DNA from: an uncultured delta proteobacterium
GTDB taxonomy: Bacteria; Desulfobacterota; Binatia; UBA9968
Direction: 5' to 3'
DNA length: 64,000 bases
Assembly (NCBI GenBank): GCA_963745835.1
Contig: CAVUZH010000003.1
Location: forward strand, 480,001-544,000
Each line of letters begins with the position of its first letter. Within the stretch, counting starts at the first letter, position 1. Position numbers and translations under genes: made by a program. Below are positions 48,799-58,001 of this stretch, piece by piece. The notes beneath the pieces were generated by a model. The model worked only from the letters and a program-made list of their open reading frames with translations, was not told where the DNA came from and did no database searches.

Positions 48799-51700
48799 TG
48801 CAGAAGCTCGCGGAAGTATCGATCCGCCGTCCGGTGTTTGCCTCGATGATCGTTTTGGCGCTCGTGGTCGTCGGCGCGGCGAGCTATTTCCGATTAGGTG
48901 TCGATCGCTTCCCGTCCGTAGACTTGCCCAACGTTTCGGTGCGCACTACCTTGCCGGGCGCTTCCCCTGAAGAGGTCGAGACCGTAATCTCACAGCCGAT
49001 CGAAGAGGTCGTCAATACCGTAGAAGGAATTGATGAGCTGCGTTCCGTATCGGGACGGGGAACCTCATTCGTCATGGCCACGTTCAACCTTGACCGTGAC
49101 ATCGATGTCGCTGCTCAGGATGTTCGCGACCGGGTCGCCACGGTACTCAACCGTTTGCCGCGCGAAGTCGATCCTCCTGTCATTTCCAAATTCAATAACG
49201 AAGATTCGCCGATCCTTACCCTAGCTCTCTCAGGCGACCGATCGTTGCGCGAATTGACCGAGATCGCCGATAAAATCGTCAAGGTGCAGATCGAGCGCTC
49301 TGCGGGTGTAGGCGAGGTTCGTATCGTCGGCGGCTTGGAACGTGCCATCAACATTTGGATAGATGCCGACCGTTTAGCCGCCTATCAAATACCCATCACC
49401 ACGGTTAGAGACGCGATCCAGCGGCAGAACGCCGACATACCGGGCGGCAATGTGACCGCCGGCCCGCGCGAACAAGTGCTTCGCACCATGGGGCGGATTG
49501 TTGTTCCGGAAGCTTTCAATGATCTGGTGGTCTCGACAGTGAACGGTGTCCCGATTCGCATCCGCGACATCGGTTCGGCGGAAGACGGCACCAAGGAACA
49601 GCGATCGCTGGCGCGGCTCAACGGCGTGCCGACGGTACAACTCCAGGTAAGACGACAGTCGGGCGCCAACACCATTGCCGTGATCGAGTCGGTGAAAGAA
49701 AATCTGGCCCGCGTCAGCCGGCAACTTCCGGGCGATGTCAGGACTGAAATTATCCGGGACCAGTCCCGTTACATTTATGCCGCTCTGCACGAGATCACTT
49801 TCCATCTGATCTTAGGCAGTCTATTTGCCTCTCTGGTGGTGCTGGCTTTTATGCGCAGTTGGCGTTCGACCATCATTGCCTCCGTTGCGATTCCGAGTTC
49901 GGTCATTTCAGCCTTCGGCATGATGTGGGCGCTCGACTTTACGCTCAACAGCGTCACCATGCTGGCGCTGGTGCTGATGGTCGGCATTGTCATCGACGAT
50001 GCCATCGTCGTGCTGGAAAACATCTTCCGTTTCGTTGAGGAAAAGAAGATGAACCCTTATGAGGCGGCGCGCGCCGCCACCGCTGAAATCGGTTTGGCGG
50101 TCATGGCAACGACCTTCAGCCTGGTGATTATTTTCGTTCCTGTCTCATTCATGTCCAGCATCTCGGGAAGATTCCTCTATCAATTTGGTCTGACCGCCTC
50201 AGTGGCGGTCCTGGTCAGTTTGCTGGTGTCTTTCACGCTTACGCCGATGATGAGCGCGCGTATGATCAGCGATACTCGAGACGCAAACACGGAAGGGGAG
50301 GGCAATCACGCGCGTTCGCGGCGCGGTTTTTACGGCTGGATCGATCGCCACTACGAAAGTATGCTCCAGTGGTCTTTGGTGCACCGCGTTGCGGTGATGC
50401 TATTTGCCGGGTTGGTCGTGCTCTCTTCGATTCCGCTCTATACGATGGTTCGACAGGAGTACATCCCCAGTGACGTGGACGAAGCCGAGTTCGAAGTCAA
50501 CATAACCGCCCCTCAAGGGACCAGTCTTGCGGCAATGGATGAGATCATGCGCGCCGTCGAAACCGAGCTGCGGGCGGTTCCGTTAGTCCGCCTGATGCTT
50601 TGCGATGCCGGCGGCGGTTTCATCAGCGGCGTAGGCTCGGGCGGATGCTACGTGCGCATCGCGCCGCACGAAGAGAGAATTTTCTCGTTTGGCCGGCTCT
50701 GGCGCGAGACGCTCAACGGCAGACCCTGGACGGCGTTCAGCAACGTTTCGCAGCGCGACATCATGCAGCAGGTTCGCGCCCGCTTGAGCAGATTCTCTGA
50801 TCTACGCACCTCCGTGCGCAATCTGCCGTCGTTTAACATCGGCGGCGGTAATTGGGAGATCGATTTCGTGTTGCGCGGCCCGGATCTCAAGGCGCTGGCC
50901 GATTATGCCGAGCGTTTGCGTATCCGCTCCAAGGATTTAGGTATCATCGACGCCGATACCACACTCAAGCTCGACAACCCCGAACTACGGGTGGTGATCG
51001 ACCGTAAACGCGCCGCGGATCTCAACGTCGATACCGAGCATATCGCGTCGGCGCTGCGCTTGATGGTTGGCGGCGACGAGGAAGTATCGCGGTTCATCGA
51101 TCCCGCGGTCAATGAAGAATATGATGTGCAATTGCGCCTATCGCTGCACGATCGCGAAGACATCGGGGTGATTTCCCGCCTCTATGTTCCGCGCGCCGGC
51201 GCCGGGCTGGTGCGGCTCGATAATCTCGTGCAGGTGGAGCCGGCTCAAAGCGCATCGCGTATCGATCGCCTGGACCGCCAGCGACAGGTAAGTCTGCGCG
51301 CCGGGATCGCTCCCGGTTATGCCCTTGCCGATCGCATCGAGGCGCTGAATGGAGCAGTGCGGGAAATGAATCTGCCCGCCGAATACACCACTAGCGTATC
51401 GGGTCGCGGCCGCGAGTTGCAGCGCACCTTTAATCAGTTTTTATGGGCTTTTTTGCTTTCCTTCATTTTCATGTACATGATTCTGGCATCGCAGTATGAA
51501 AGCACGATTCACCCGCTGACAATTCTTTTATCACTGCCACTGTCCGTGCCGTTCGCGTTACTCTCATTGTGGCTGACCGGTAATACCCTTAATCTCTATT
51601 CCGCGCTTGGCATACTGGTGCTCTTCGGCGTGGTCAAGAAGAACGCGATCCTGCAAATCGATCACATGAATCGGCTGCGCGCGGAGGGAACGGAGCGGTT

Positions 51701-52019
51701 GCCCGCCATCTTGCGCGCCAACCGCGACCGGTTGCGGCCGATCCTGATGACCACACTGGCGCTGGTGGCCGGCATGTTGCCGCTCGCCCTAGGGTCGGGC
51801 CCGGGCGCTGAGGAGCGCCGCGCTGTGGCGGTCGTGGTCATCGGCGGACAGTCGCTTTGCCTGCTATTAACCCTACTGTTTACACCGGTGGCTTACTCGA
51901 TGTTTGAAGACGCCGCGGGGTTATTGTTTTCGAAGCGAGCAGGGGCCCGCGGGCGGCTTTTCAAGTTGCGCCGCCGCGTTATCGGCAGCTGGAAATCGGA
52001 GCGGCCGCCGATCCGCTGA
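48798..52019 (+). CDS. RND efflux permease (AcrB/MdtC-like)
   Basis: IRRPVFA, GIVIDDAIVVLENI and RLRPILMTT motifs; 1073 aa. Confidence 0.95.
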   Translation: MQKLAEVSIRRPVFASMIVLALVVVGAASYFRLGVDRFPSVDLPNVSVRTTLPGASPEEVETVISQPIEEVVNTVEGIDELRSVSGRGTSFVMATFNLDRDIDVAAQDVRDRVATVLNRLPREVDPPVISKFNNEDSPILTLALSGDRSLRELTEIADKIVKVQIERSAGVGEVRIVGGLERAINIWIDADRLAAYQIPITTVRDAIQRQNADIPGGNVTAGPREQVLRTMGRIVVPEAFNDLVVSTVNGVPIRIRDIGSAEDGTKEQRSLARLNGVPTVQLQVRRQSGANTIAVIESVKENLARVSRQLPGDVRTEIIRDQSRYIYAALHEITFHLILGSLFASLVVLAFMRSWRSTIIASVAIPSSVISAFGMMWALDFTLNSVTMLALVLMVGIVIDDAIVVLENIFRFVEEKKMNPYEAARAATAEIGLAVMATTFSLVIIFVPVSFMSSISGRFLYQFGLTASVAVLVSLLVSFTLTPMMSARMISDTRDANTEGEGNHARSRRGFYGWIDRHYESMLQWSLVHRVAVMLFAGLVVLSSIPLYTMVRQEYIPSDVDEAEFEVNITAPQGTSLAAMDEIMRAVETELRAVPLVRLMLCDAGGGFISGVGSGGCYVRIAPHEERIFSFGRLWRETLNGRPWTAFSNVSQRDIMQQVRARLSRFSDLRTSVRNLPSFNIGGGNWEIDFVLRGPDLKALADYAERLRIRSKDLGIIDADTTLKLDNPELRVVIDRKRAADLNVDTEHIASALRLMVGGDEEVSRFIDPAVNEEYDVQLRLSLHDREDIGVISRLYVPRAGAGLVRLDNLVQVEPAQSASRIDRLDRQRQVSLRAGIAPGYALADRIEALNGAVREMNLPAEYTTSVSGRGRELQRTFNQFLWAFLLSFIFMYMILASQYESTIHPLTILLSLPLSVPFALLSLWLTGNTLNLYSALGILVLFGVVKKNAILQIDHMNRLRAEGTERLPAILRANRDRLRPILMTTLALVAGMLPLALGSGPGAEERRAVAVVVIGGQSLCLLLTLLFTPVAYSMFEDAAGLLFSKRAGARGRLFKLRRRVIGSWKSERPPIR

Positions 52020-52178
52020 CTTCTAATATATCTCGTCTGCCGCACTAGACTGGGCACCCACGCTGACGTAGACCTCTCAGTTTTGCCGTCCGTTGCACAC
52101 AGCGACACGCTTTTTGCGTGTGCGACAAAACCAAACCTAAGACAAAGCCGGAATCCAGCCGTTGCAATGTTTTGTTCC

Positions 52179-52194
52179 TGGCACAGCGTTTGAA
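52179..52194 (+). promoter_or_regulatory. Possible sigma54-type promoter
   Basis: TGGCAC-N5-TTGAA (-12 box deviates from TTGC) about 80 nt upstream of the SDR gene. Confidence 0.3.
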
Positions 52195-52271
52195 GACCTA
52201 GCGACATTCCTATTAGGAGTGGTTGCGCTGTTGTCTCAGAGCGGCGATTGATCAGAAGAAAGGAGTAAAAC

Positions 52272-53288
52272 ATGGCAGTCTCACTTAAAAAATTGAACGA
52301 GCAGATCATGGTGATTACCGGCGTGTCGTCCGGGATTGGTTTGGTGACAGCGCGCATGGCGGCCAAGCACGGCGCGCGCTTGGTTCTGTCGGCACGCAGC
52401 GAAGAAGAGTTACGAGAGTTGACGGAAGAGATCAAGGCAAATGGCGGCCAAGCCATAGCGGTCGGAGCCGATGTCGGCGATGCGGAAGATGTCCGGCGGC
52501 TGGCGCAAGCAGCTCAGGAACAGTTCGGCGGGTTCGACACCTGGGTTAACAACGCTGGCGTTTCGATTTACGGCAAGCTGTCGGAAGTTTCCATCGAAGA
52601 TATGCGACGTGTTTTCGAAACCAATTTCTGGGGGCTGGTCTATGGCTCATTGGAAGCAGCGCGACAGTTGAAAGAGCGCGGCGGAGCGATCATCAACATC
52701 GGCAGCACCTTATCGGACCGAGCGATCCCGATGCAGGGGATTTACAGCGCCTCGAAGCATGCGGTTAAAGGGTTTAACGATGCGTTACGCATGGAGCTTG
52801 AAAGCGAAGGCGCGCCAATCTCCGTAAGCTTGATAAAACCGGGCGCTATCGATACGCCCTATACCGAGCATGCGAAAAACAATATGCCGGTGGAGCCTAA
52901 AAATCCGCCGCCGCTGTATGCCCCTGAGACGGTTGCCCGCGCCATTCTGCACTGCGCCGAGACTCCCGAACGCGACGTGTTCGTAGGCGCCGGCGGTAAA
53001 GTCATCTCTCTGTTGGGCCGTTTCGCTCCGCGCATGGCCGACAAAATTATGGAAAGAACCATGATCAAACAACAGCAAAGCAATCGGCCGGCCGGCGCGA
53101 GGCAAGAGAACGGATTGTACAGCTCCTCGGGCGAGCTTAAGGAGCGGGGCGGCTATGTGGGACACGTGGCTGAGAGTAGTCTTTACACCCGGGCTTCGTT
53201 ACACCCTATATTGACTGGATCAGCGCTGGTGGGAGCGGGATTGGCCGTGGCGGCCTTCTTGCGCGCAAAACGTGCCGGCGCCCGATAG
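52272..53288 (+). CDS. SDR-family oxidoreductase
   Basis: ITGVSSGIG, WVNNAG and YSASK motifs; C-terminal hydrophobic tail. Confidence 0.93.
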   Translation: MAVSLKKLNEQIMVITGVSSGIGLVTARMAAKHGARLVLSARSEEELRELTEEIKANGGQAIAVGADVGDAEDVRRLAQAAQEQFGGFDTWVNNAGVSIYGKLSEVSIEDMRRVFETNFWGLVYGSLEAARQLKERGGAIINIGSTLSDRAIPMQGIYSASKHAVKGFNDALRMELESEGAPISVSLIKPGAIDTPYTEHAKNNMPVEPKNPPPLYAPETVARAILHCAETPERDVFVGAGGKVISLLGRFAPRMADKIMERTMIKQQQSNRPAGARQENGLYSSSGELKERGGYVGHVAESSLYTRASLHPILTGSALVGAGLAVAAFLRAKRAGAR

Positions 53289-53416
53289 TGGAAACGGCCG
53301 CGCTTTCAGCTCGAAAATTGAGCAAGGGATGGGTAGGGGATAAGTCTCAGTTACGCCCCACCCGTGGAGCCCAGGAAGTTTCAACCGATGCGTAATCGCT
53401 AAGCTGCTAGATCCAA

Positions 53417-53734
53417 TCAGGCGTCGAGATCTATCAGCAACTCACATAACGACAAAACACCGAACCAGCCATACACCCCGCCGGTTATTCTGTAGGCCTG
53501 AATCGTGAGGTTCTGGCGCTGGTGCCGAAATCTAAAAATGAACAACAGCAAAACGCACGCGAGCGCCTTCCATAAGAGTAAGCCCCAGAATTCGCCCCAG
53601 TGATAGATGGAGGCGCTCACAAGAGGGTTCGCCTCGGGTATGCCAAGCAACAAAACCCGATAGGTTAGAATTCCGTCAAACGCCTGCAGCAAGAGATTGA
53701 CACTGAGATGTGTCCAAACAGTCGGAATGTTCAT
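53417..53734 (-). CDS. Small membrane protein (DUF5658-like)
   Basis: LQAFDGILTY..G..EANPL..K pattern; three TM segments. Confidence 0.75.
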   Translation of the reverse strand: MNIPTVWTHLSVNLLLQAFDGILTYRVLLLGIPEANPLVSASIYHWGEFWGLLLWKALACVLLLFIFRFRHQRQNLTIQAYRITGGVYGWFGVLSLCELLIDLDA

Positions 53735-53940
53735 AACGATGCCTCATCAGAGAAGTTGTTCTGGTACTAAGCCAAACAAGCATCATCGGTATTGTCAAGC
53801 GTCAAGCCGCGTCATAATTATTCCATCAATCGATGCCGGCGCTGAAGCAGGGGCAGAGTAGTTGCATTTAGAAGCCATCCCCCATAGTTTGGGGCGATAT
53901 ACAGATTTAAATTCATTCTAAATTGCGAGGTAAACCCCAC

Positions 53941-54504
53941 ATGAAGGTTCGTATGATCGGCTCACTTTCAGCGCTGTTGTTGATTTTGAGCATTTCGCTA
54001 GCCTGGTCCCAGGACGCGATTCCTTTTGTACCGAGCACCATGCCGGTAGTGGAGCGAATGCTTGAGCTGGCGGAGGTTCGGAAAGACGATTTTCTCTATG
54101 ATCTCGGCAGCGGCGATGGCCGTATTTTGATCCAGGCGGCAAAGAAATACGGCACACGCGGCGTCGGCATCGACCTAGACCCGCAACGGGTGGCCGAGGC
54201 CAGACAAAAGGCCAAGGAAGAAGGAGTGAGCCATCTAGTTGAGTTTCGTGCCGAGGATGGTACTCAGACCGATATTTCGAAAGCCACCGTAGTGACGCTG
54301 TACATGTTCAAATGGTTCAATAATGCGATCAAACCTAAGCTGCAGAAGTTACAACCGGGATCACGCATCGTCGCTCATGATTACGACATCGATGATTGGA
54401 AACCGACAACGGTTTTACAACTGGAACCGACGAAAGACCCCGGGATTGAAAGACATCACACCCTCTACCTGTGGAAAGTCGGCATCGAATCGGCGCAGCG
54501 ATAA
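53941..54504 (+). CDS. Class I SAM-dependent methyltransferase with signal peptide (paralog of 38443)
   Basis: IPFVPS, YDLGSGDGRI, ATVVTLYM and PGSRIVAHDY motifs; GAGG RBS. Confidence 0.9.
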   Translation: MKVRMIGSLSALLLILSISLAWSQDAIPFVPSTMPVVERMLELAEVRKDDFLYDLGSGDGRILIQAAKKYGTRGVGIDLDPQRVAEARQKAKEEGVSHLVEFRAEDGTQTDISKATVVTLYMFKWFNNAIKPKLQKLQPGSRIVAHDYDIDDWKPTTVLQLEPTKDPGIERHHTLYLWKVGIESAQR

Positions 54505-55323
54505 CCCAATAATGTTCAACGGTTAAGACTTTAAAGCTCAACATCTGCCCGCATCGGATTTAGGGTTTCGATCGAGCGCGGAATATTCCGCCGTGTTAAA
54601 TCTCCCGGTATGGTCGCCGGATTATTCAAAAGTTCGTAAGGTTGTTTTCGACTTTGGACGAGGCGCTTTTTGGGGCCAGCGGCAGCGCATATGATGCTCT
54701 CGTTCGAGGGCGAGCAATCTTCAGCATCGGTCGTAGAACATTTGAACTTTTGAACGATGAGCTTTAAGGAGTTTTCCGGGTGACTCCCCAACTACAGAAG
54801 AAGACGTCAAGGCCGCGGTAGCAGGAGAGATTTCCCATCCCCACGCAACTGCGTCGCCAGGTATCCCGGCGTAAGTTCTCGGAAGTCCGCGCCATCCAGG
54901 CGCTCGTTTATCGGCCGAACAATGTCTGCCTTTCACATGAGCAACGTTGTCATGATTCTAGGAAGCATGCTGATCGGCGCCCTTGCGACCCTGTCAGAAC
55001 CCGCGCGGCCGGAGCTTTGGCCATGCTGGCGATCCATCTAGGATTGCTCCGCACGCGGCATATCCGCTAGCTCCAGTTTCTATCTTTGTGGCTCTGAGTT
55101 CGGCTCCATGGCGGTCCATGGCGCCATGCTGTCGGAGAAAATTGACGGCAAAAGTGAATTATCCGCAGCCTCGGTTAGCCCTGGCTTGGTGGGGTATTCT
55201 ACTGCTCAGCAAAATTATGTGAGGCAAAGACGATTTTTGAGCTGGTAACTTGATCGGGGTGAGGTGTTTTCCTATCTAACCCGGGATAAAACGCGGTGAT
55301 GCCGGCAGCTTGCAAACCTCTCG

Positions 55324-55716
55324 CTATTTCGCCCCTACCCAACCGACCGTGGAGATGTCGATCACCTGTTCGTCCGGACCGACGCATTTGATTTCATAAT
55401 AGGACTGCCTCTCTGCGGCATCTTTCGGGCTAACTTCGATTTGTTCAGTTAATCTTGTTCCATGCAACGATTCGACCTGGGCTAAAGCGGTATCAAGATC
55501 TTCGACTTGGAAACCGACATGATCGACGCCCAGTCTTAAAGGCTCGCCATCTTTGCCCTGCTGGTATTTAAGGATTGCGATATTAAGATGGCCATCGGTT
55601 AAATAGACGCCATTTTTCCCCATTCCCACCTGAGTAAGACCGAACGCATCCTTGTAGAAAGCGGCGGTTTGATCGACATTGCGAGTCCGTATAGCAATAT
55701 GCTTGATCTGAGCCAT
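55324..55716 (-). CDS. VOC/glyoxalase family protein
   Basis: IKHIAI, YLTDGHLNIAIL and DHVGFQV motifs; paralog of 46289. Confidence 0.9.
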   Translation of the reverse strand: MAQIKHIAIRTRNVDQTAAFYKDAFGLTQVGMGKNGVYLTDGHLNIAILKYQQGKDGEPLRLGVDHVGFQVEDLDTALAQVESLHGTRLTEQIEVSPKDAAERQSYYEIKCVGPDEQVIDISTVGWVGAK

Positions 55717-55850
55717 CGCTTCACTCCTCCGTCTTCAAACCATGAGGCCTGTTGCCGTTTAGTAACGCAGCAGCACTGTTATCGCGCTCTACCTAAACTT
55801 ACTACAGCGCAAGTCTCAAAGCGTCATGCAGTACTCGAACTGCCTTCAAA

Positions 55851-57185
55851 TCACGAGGGAATAAATATCTTTTGCCCGATGAATAAAAAATTGGGATTTT
55901 TCATCGTCGCCTTATTCGCCTCAAAGATTTTGTTCCACCTGTAGTGATCTCCGTAAAAACGCTGTGCCAGGTGGCTGAGAGTGTCTCCGGGAACCACGGT
56001 GTATTCTTGCGAACCCTCACTGGGAGCATCTACGGCAAGGCTTGGCTTTGCCGGGGCGGCCTTTGCTGGAGGCGGCGCGGCTTTCGGCTGCAGTGCCGCT
56101 TTGGCGCTGGCAGCGGCCGGTGCCGCGGCAGGGGGCTCCTGACGCTTGGCGACCACCGGCTGGGTTTTATACAGCCGGTCTATATAGCCCGAGCTATCGA
56201 GCTCTTTGATGAACGTCAGATCGACAAATTCCTCCGGCCGCGCTGTTTTGGCTTTTGCATCTCTCCCTGCCAGTTCGCGCAGCATAATGTCGATGCCCCG
56301 TAGGGTTGGATAAGGTTTCTGCGGGGTGAGCGTCAGGCCTAAGTCGGTATAAACTTCGTTCAGCAGTTCCGAGTCATTGGTCTTTAAGTATTTTGCTAAA
56401 ATAGCAATCGATTCAGGGCGATTGGTTTTGTAGTAGTGAATTCCTTCCACGTAAGCTTTCATCACATTACGAACGATGTCAGGGCGGGATTTGATCAGAG
56501 CCTGGGTCGTCACCAAGCCGGTATGTTGATATTCCAGACCGAGCATTTGGAGATCGGCGAGAGCATGGAAGCCGAGGGCTTTGGCTCTGACGGTTAAGGG
56601 CACGGCGATCATCGCCGCCTGGATTTTGCCGGATTCGAGCGCGGCGAATCGCGCCGGCTGAGATCCAATTTCCAGGATCGGAACATCTTTTTCCGGCACC
56701 AGGCCGAATTTCTCGAGCGCATAACGGGTGGCGAAATCCGAGGAAGAACCAAACCGGCTTACCGCCATGGTTTTTCCTTTGAGTTGTTCGGGTCTGGTGA
56801 TATTTTTTTCAACCATGAGTTGATAATCCAGAGTGTTCAGAAAACCGGCTATCATGACCACGTCGGATCCTCTGAGGCGACTCTGCAGCACGCCGGCTCC
56901 GGCCATCTGGGCGAATGCCACGTCTTTATTGCTCAAGCTCTGCACTGCGGTGCTGCCACTTTCGATGAAGACGATTTGCACGTCGAGCCCATTTTTGCGA
57001 AAGAAGCCGCGCTCGTGGGTTATCCATAAAGGCGCCATGTTCCCTGAGACAGAGCTGTATGCGATCGTCAGCTTCTCGAGCGATCGCTCCGGCGTGTCGG
57101 CGCTGTATGCGCCCGCAGGTAAGAACAGCGCGACGATAACGACAATCAGCAATCGTAGCGGGCTATATTGTTTCGAGTGATGCAT
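55851..57185 (-). CDS. NMT1/SsuA-like substrate-binding protein fused to a C-terminal LysM domain
   Basis: Signal peptide; LKGKTMAVSRFGSS; Pro/Ala-rich linker; YTVVPGDTLSHLAQRFYG..WNKIFEAN..IGQKIFIP. Start is 57185 (GGGAGG RBS) or 57218. Confidence 0.9.
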   Translation of the reverse strand: MHHSKQYSPLRLLIVVIVALFLPAGAYSADTPERSLEKLTIAYSSVSGNMAPLWITHERGFFRKNGLDVQIVFIESGSTAVQSLSNKDVAFAQMAGAGVLQSRLRGSDVVMIAGFLNTLDYQLMVEKNITRPEQLKGKTMAVSRFGSSSDFATRYALEKFGLVPEKDVPILEIGSQPARFAALESGKIQAAMIAVPLTVRAKALGFHALADLQMLGLEYQHTGLVTTQALIKSRPDIVRNVMKAYVEGIHYYKTNRPESIAILAKYLKTNDSELLNEVYTDLGLTLTPQKPYPTLRGIDIMLRELAGRDAKAKTARPEEFVDLTFIKELDSSGYIDRLYKTQPVVAKRQEPPAAAPAAASAKAALQPKAAPPPAKAAPAKPSLAVDAPSEGSQEYTVVPGDTLSHLAQRFYGDHYRWNKIFEANKATMKNPNFLFIGQKIFIPS

Positions 57186-57214
57186 ATTCATCCTCCCATT
57201 GGAGTTTGAGAAAA

Positions 57215-57961
57215 TCATGTGGTTTCTCGGTTCAAGCGCAGCATCGCGGCTCTCAGGCTCGAGCGCATCCGTTCAAGAGAACGCGCCAATTCACCGATTT
57301 CGTCGCGCGAGACGACACAGTTGCCGATCGACATTTCGAGGTCGCCTTTGGTTACCTTATCGGCCACTTCAGTTAGACCGATGATCGGTCGAACAATCCA
57401 GTTGGCGATAACAAAAGAGAGCGCCGCGCCGACAATCGGAACGAGCGCAATGACGCCGATCATAGGCCAGATAAAGCTTTGTACTTCCTTGTCCACCGCG
57501 TCGCTCCAGAACCCCACATGGGCAGTTCCCGCTTGTCCGTCGAGAACTGGAACGCTTGTCTCATAGACAGTTTTTTCCTGTAGCGACAAAGTCCGGCGCT
57601 GTGCTTCACGTGGACTTCCGGCGCTAGCTCCTTGGCGCAGTTGCTGCGGAAAAGAACCCAGCGTTTGGGCAATGACTTCGCCGCGCGCATCATTGATGTA
57701 AACGTAGGCCACTCCTTCAAAAAGAGTGTATTTCGCAGCCAACGCATGAAGCGCGAGCTGATTCTTACTGACTATATGACCGGCAGCGGCATCGCTGAAA
57801 TTGGTCGCGATGGCGAGAGCGCGCTTGTCGAGTTGCTCTCGCATCGCTGTTCTCGTTAGCTGATAGAGTGCCGCTATCAAAAGGAGTCCCAAGATAAGCA
57901 TGACCGCCGTATAAACTCCGCCGATCTTCCATTTCAAGCTGACGCCTGATTCTGCAGCCAT
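57215..57961 (-). CDS. Two-TM sensor-like membrane protein ending in a HAMP domain, with no output domain
   Basis: TM-periplasmic domain-TM then IVRPIIGLTEVADKVTKGDL..SRDEIGELARSLERMR; stop follows shortly after. Confidence 0.88.
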   Translation of the reverse strand: MAAESGVSLKWKIGGVYTAVMLILGLLLIAALYQLTRTAMREQLDKRALAIATNFSDAAAGHIVSKNQLALHALAAKYTLFEGVAYVYINDARGEVIAQTLGSFPQQLRQGASAGSPREAQRRTLSLQEKTVYETSVPVLDGQAGTAHVGFWSDAVDKEVQSFIWPMIGVIALVPIVGAALSFVIANWIVRPIIGLTEVADKVTKGDLEMSIGNCVVSRDEIGELARSLERMRSSLRAAMLRLNRETT

Positions 57962-58001
57962 AAATTCATCTTCTCCTTTAGGTAAACCGAATGCCCTCTA
58001 G

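Noticed and set aside
54531-55310. Short ORFs, including one with an in-frame TGA, in the intergenic region
   Set aside because: No redox motif, SECIS or recognisable family; cannot be supported as genes or selenoproteins.
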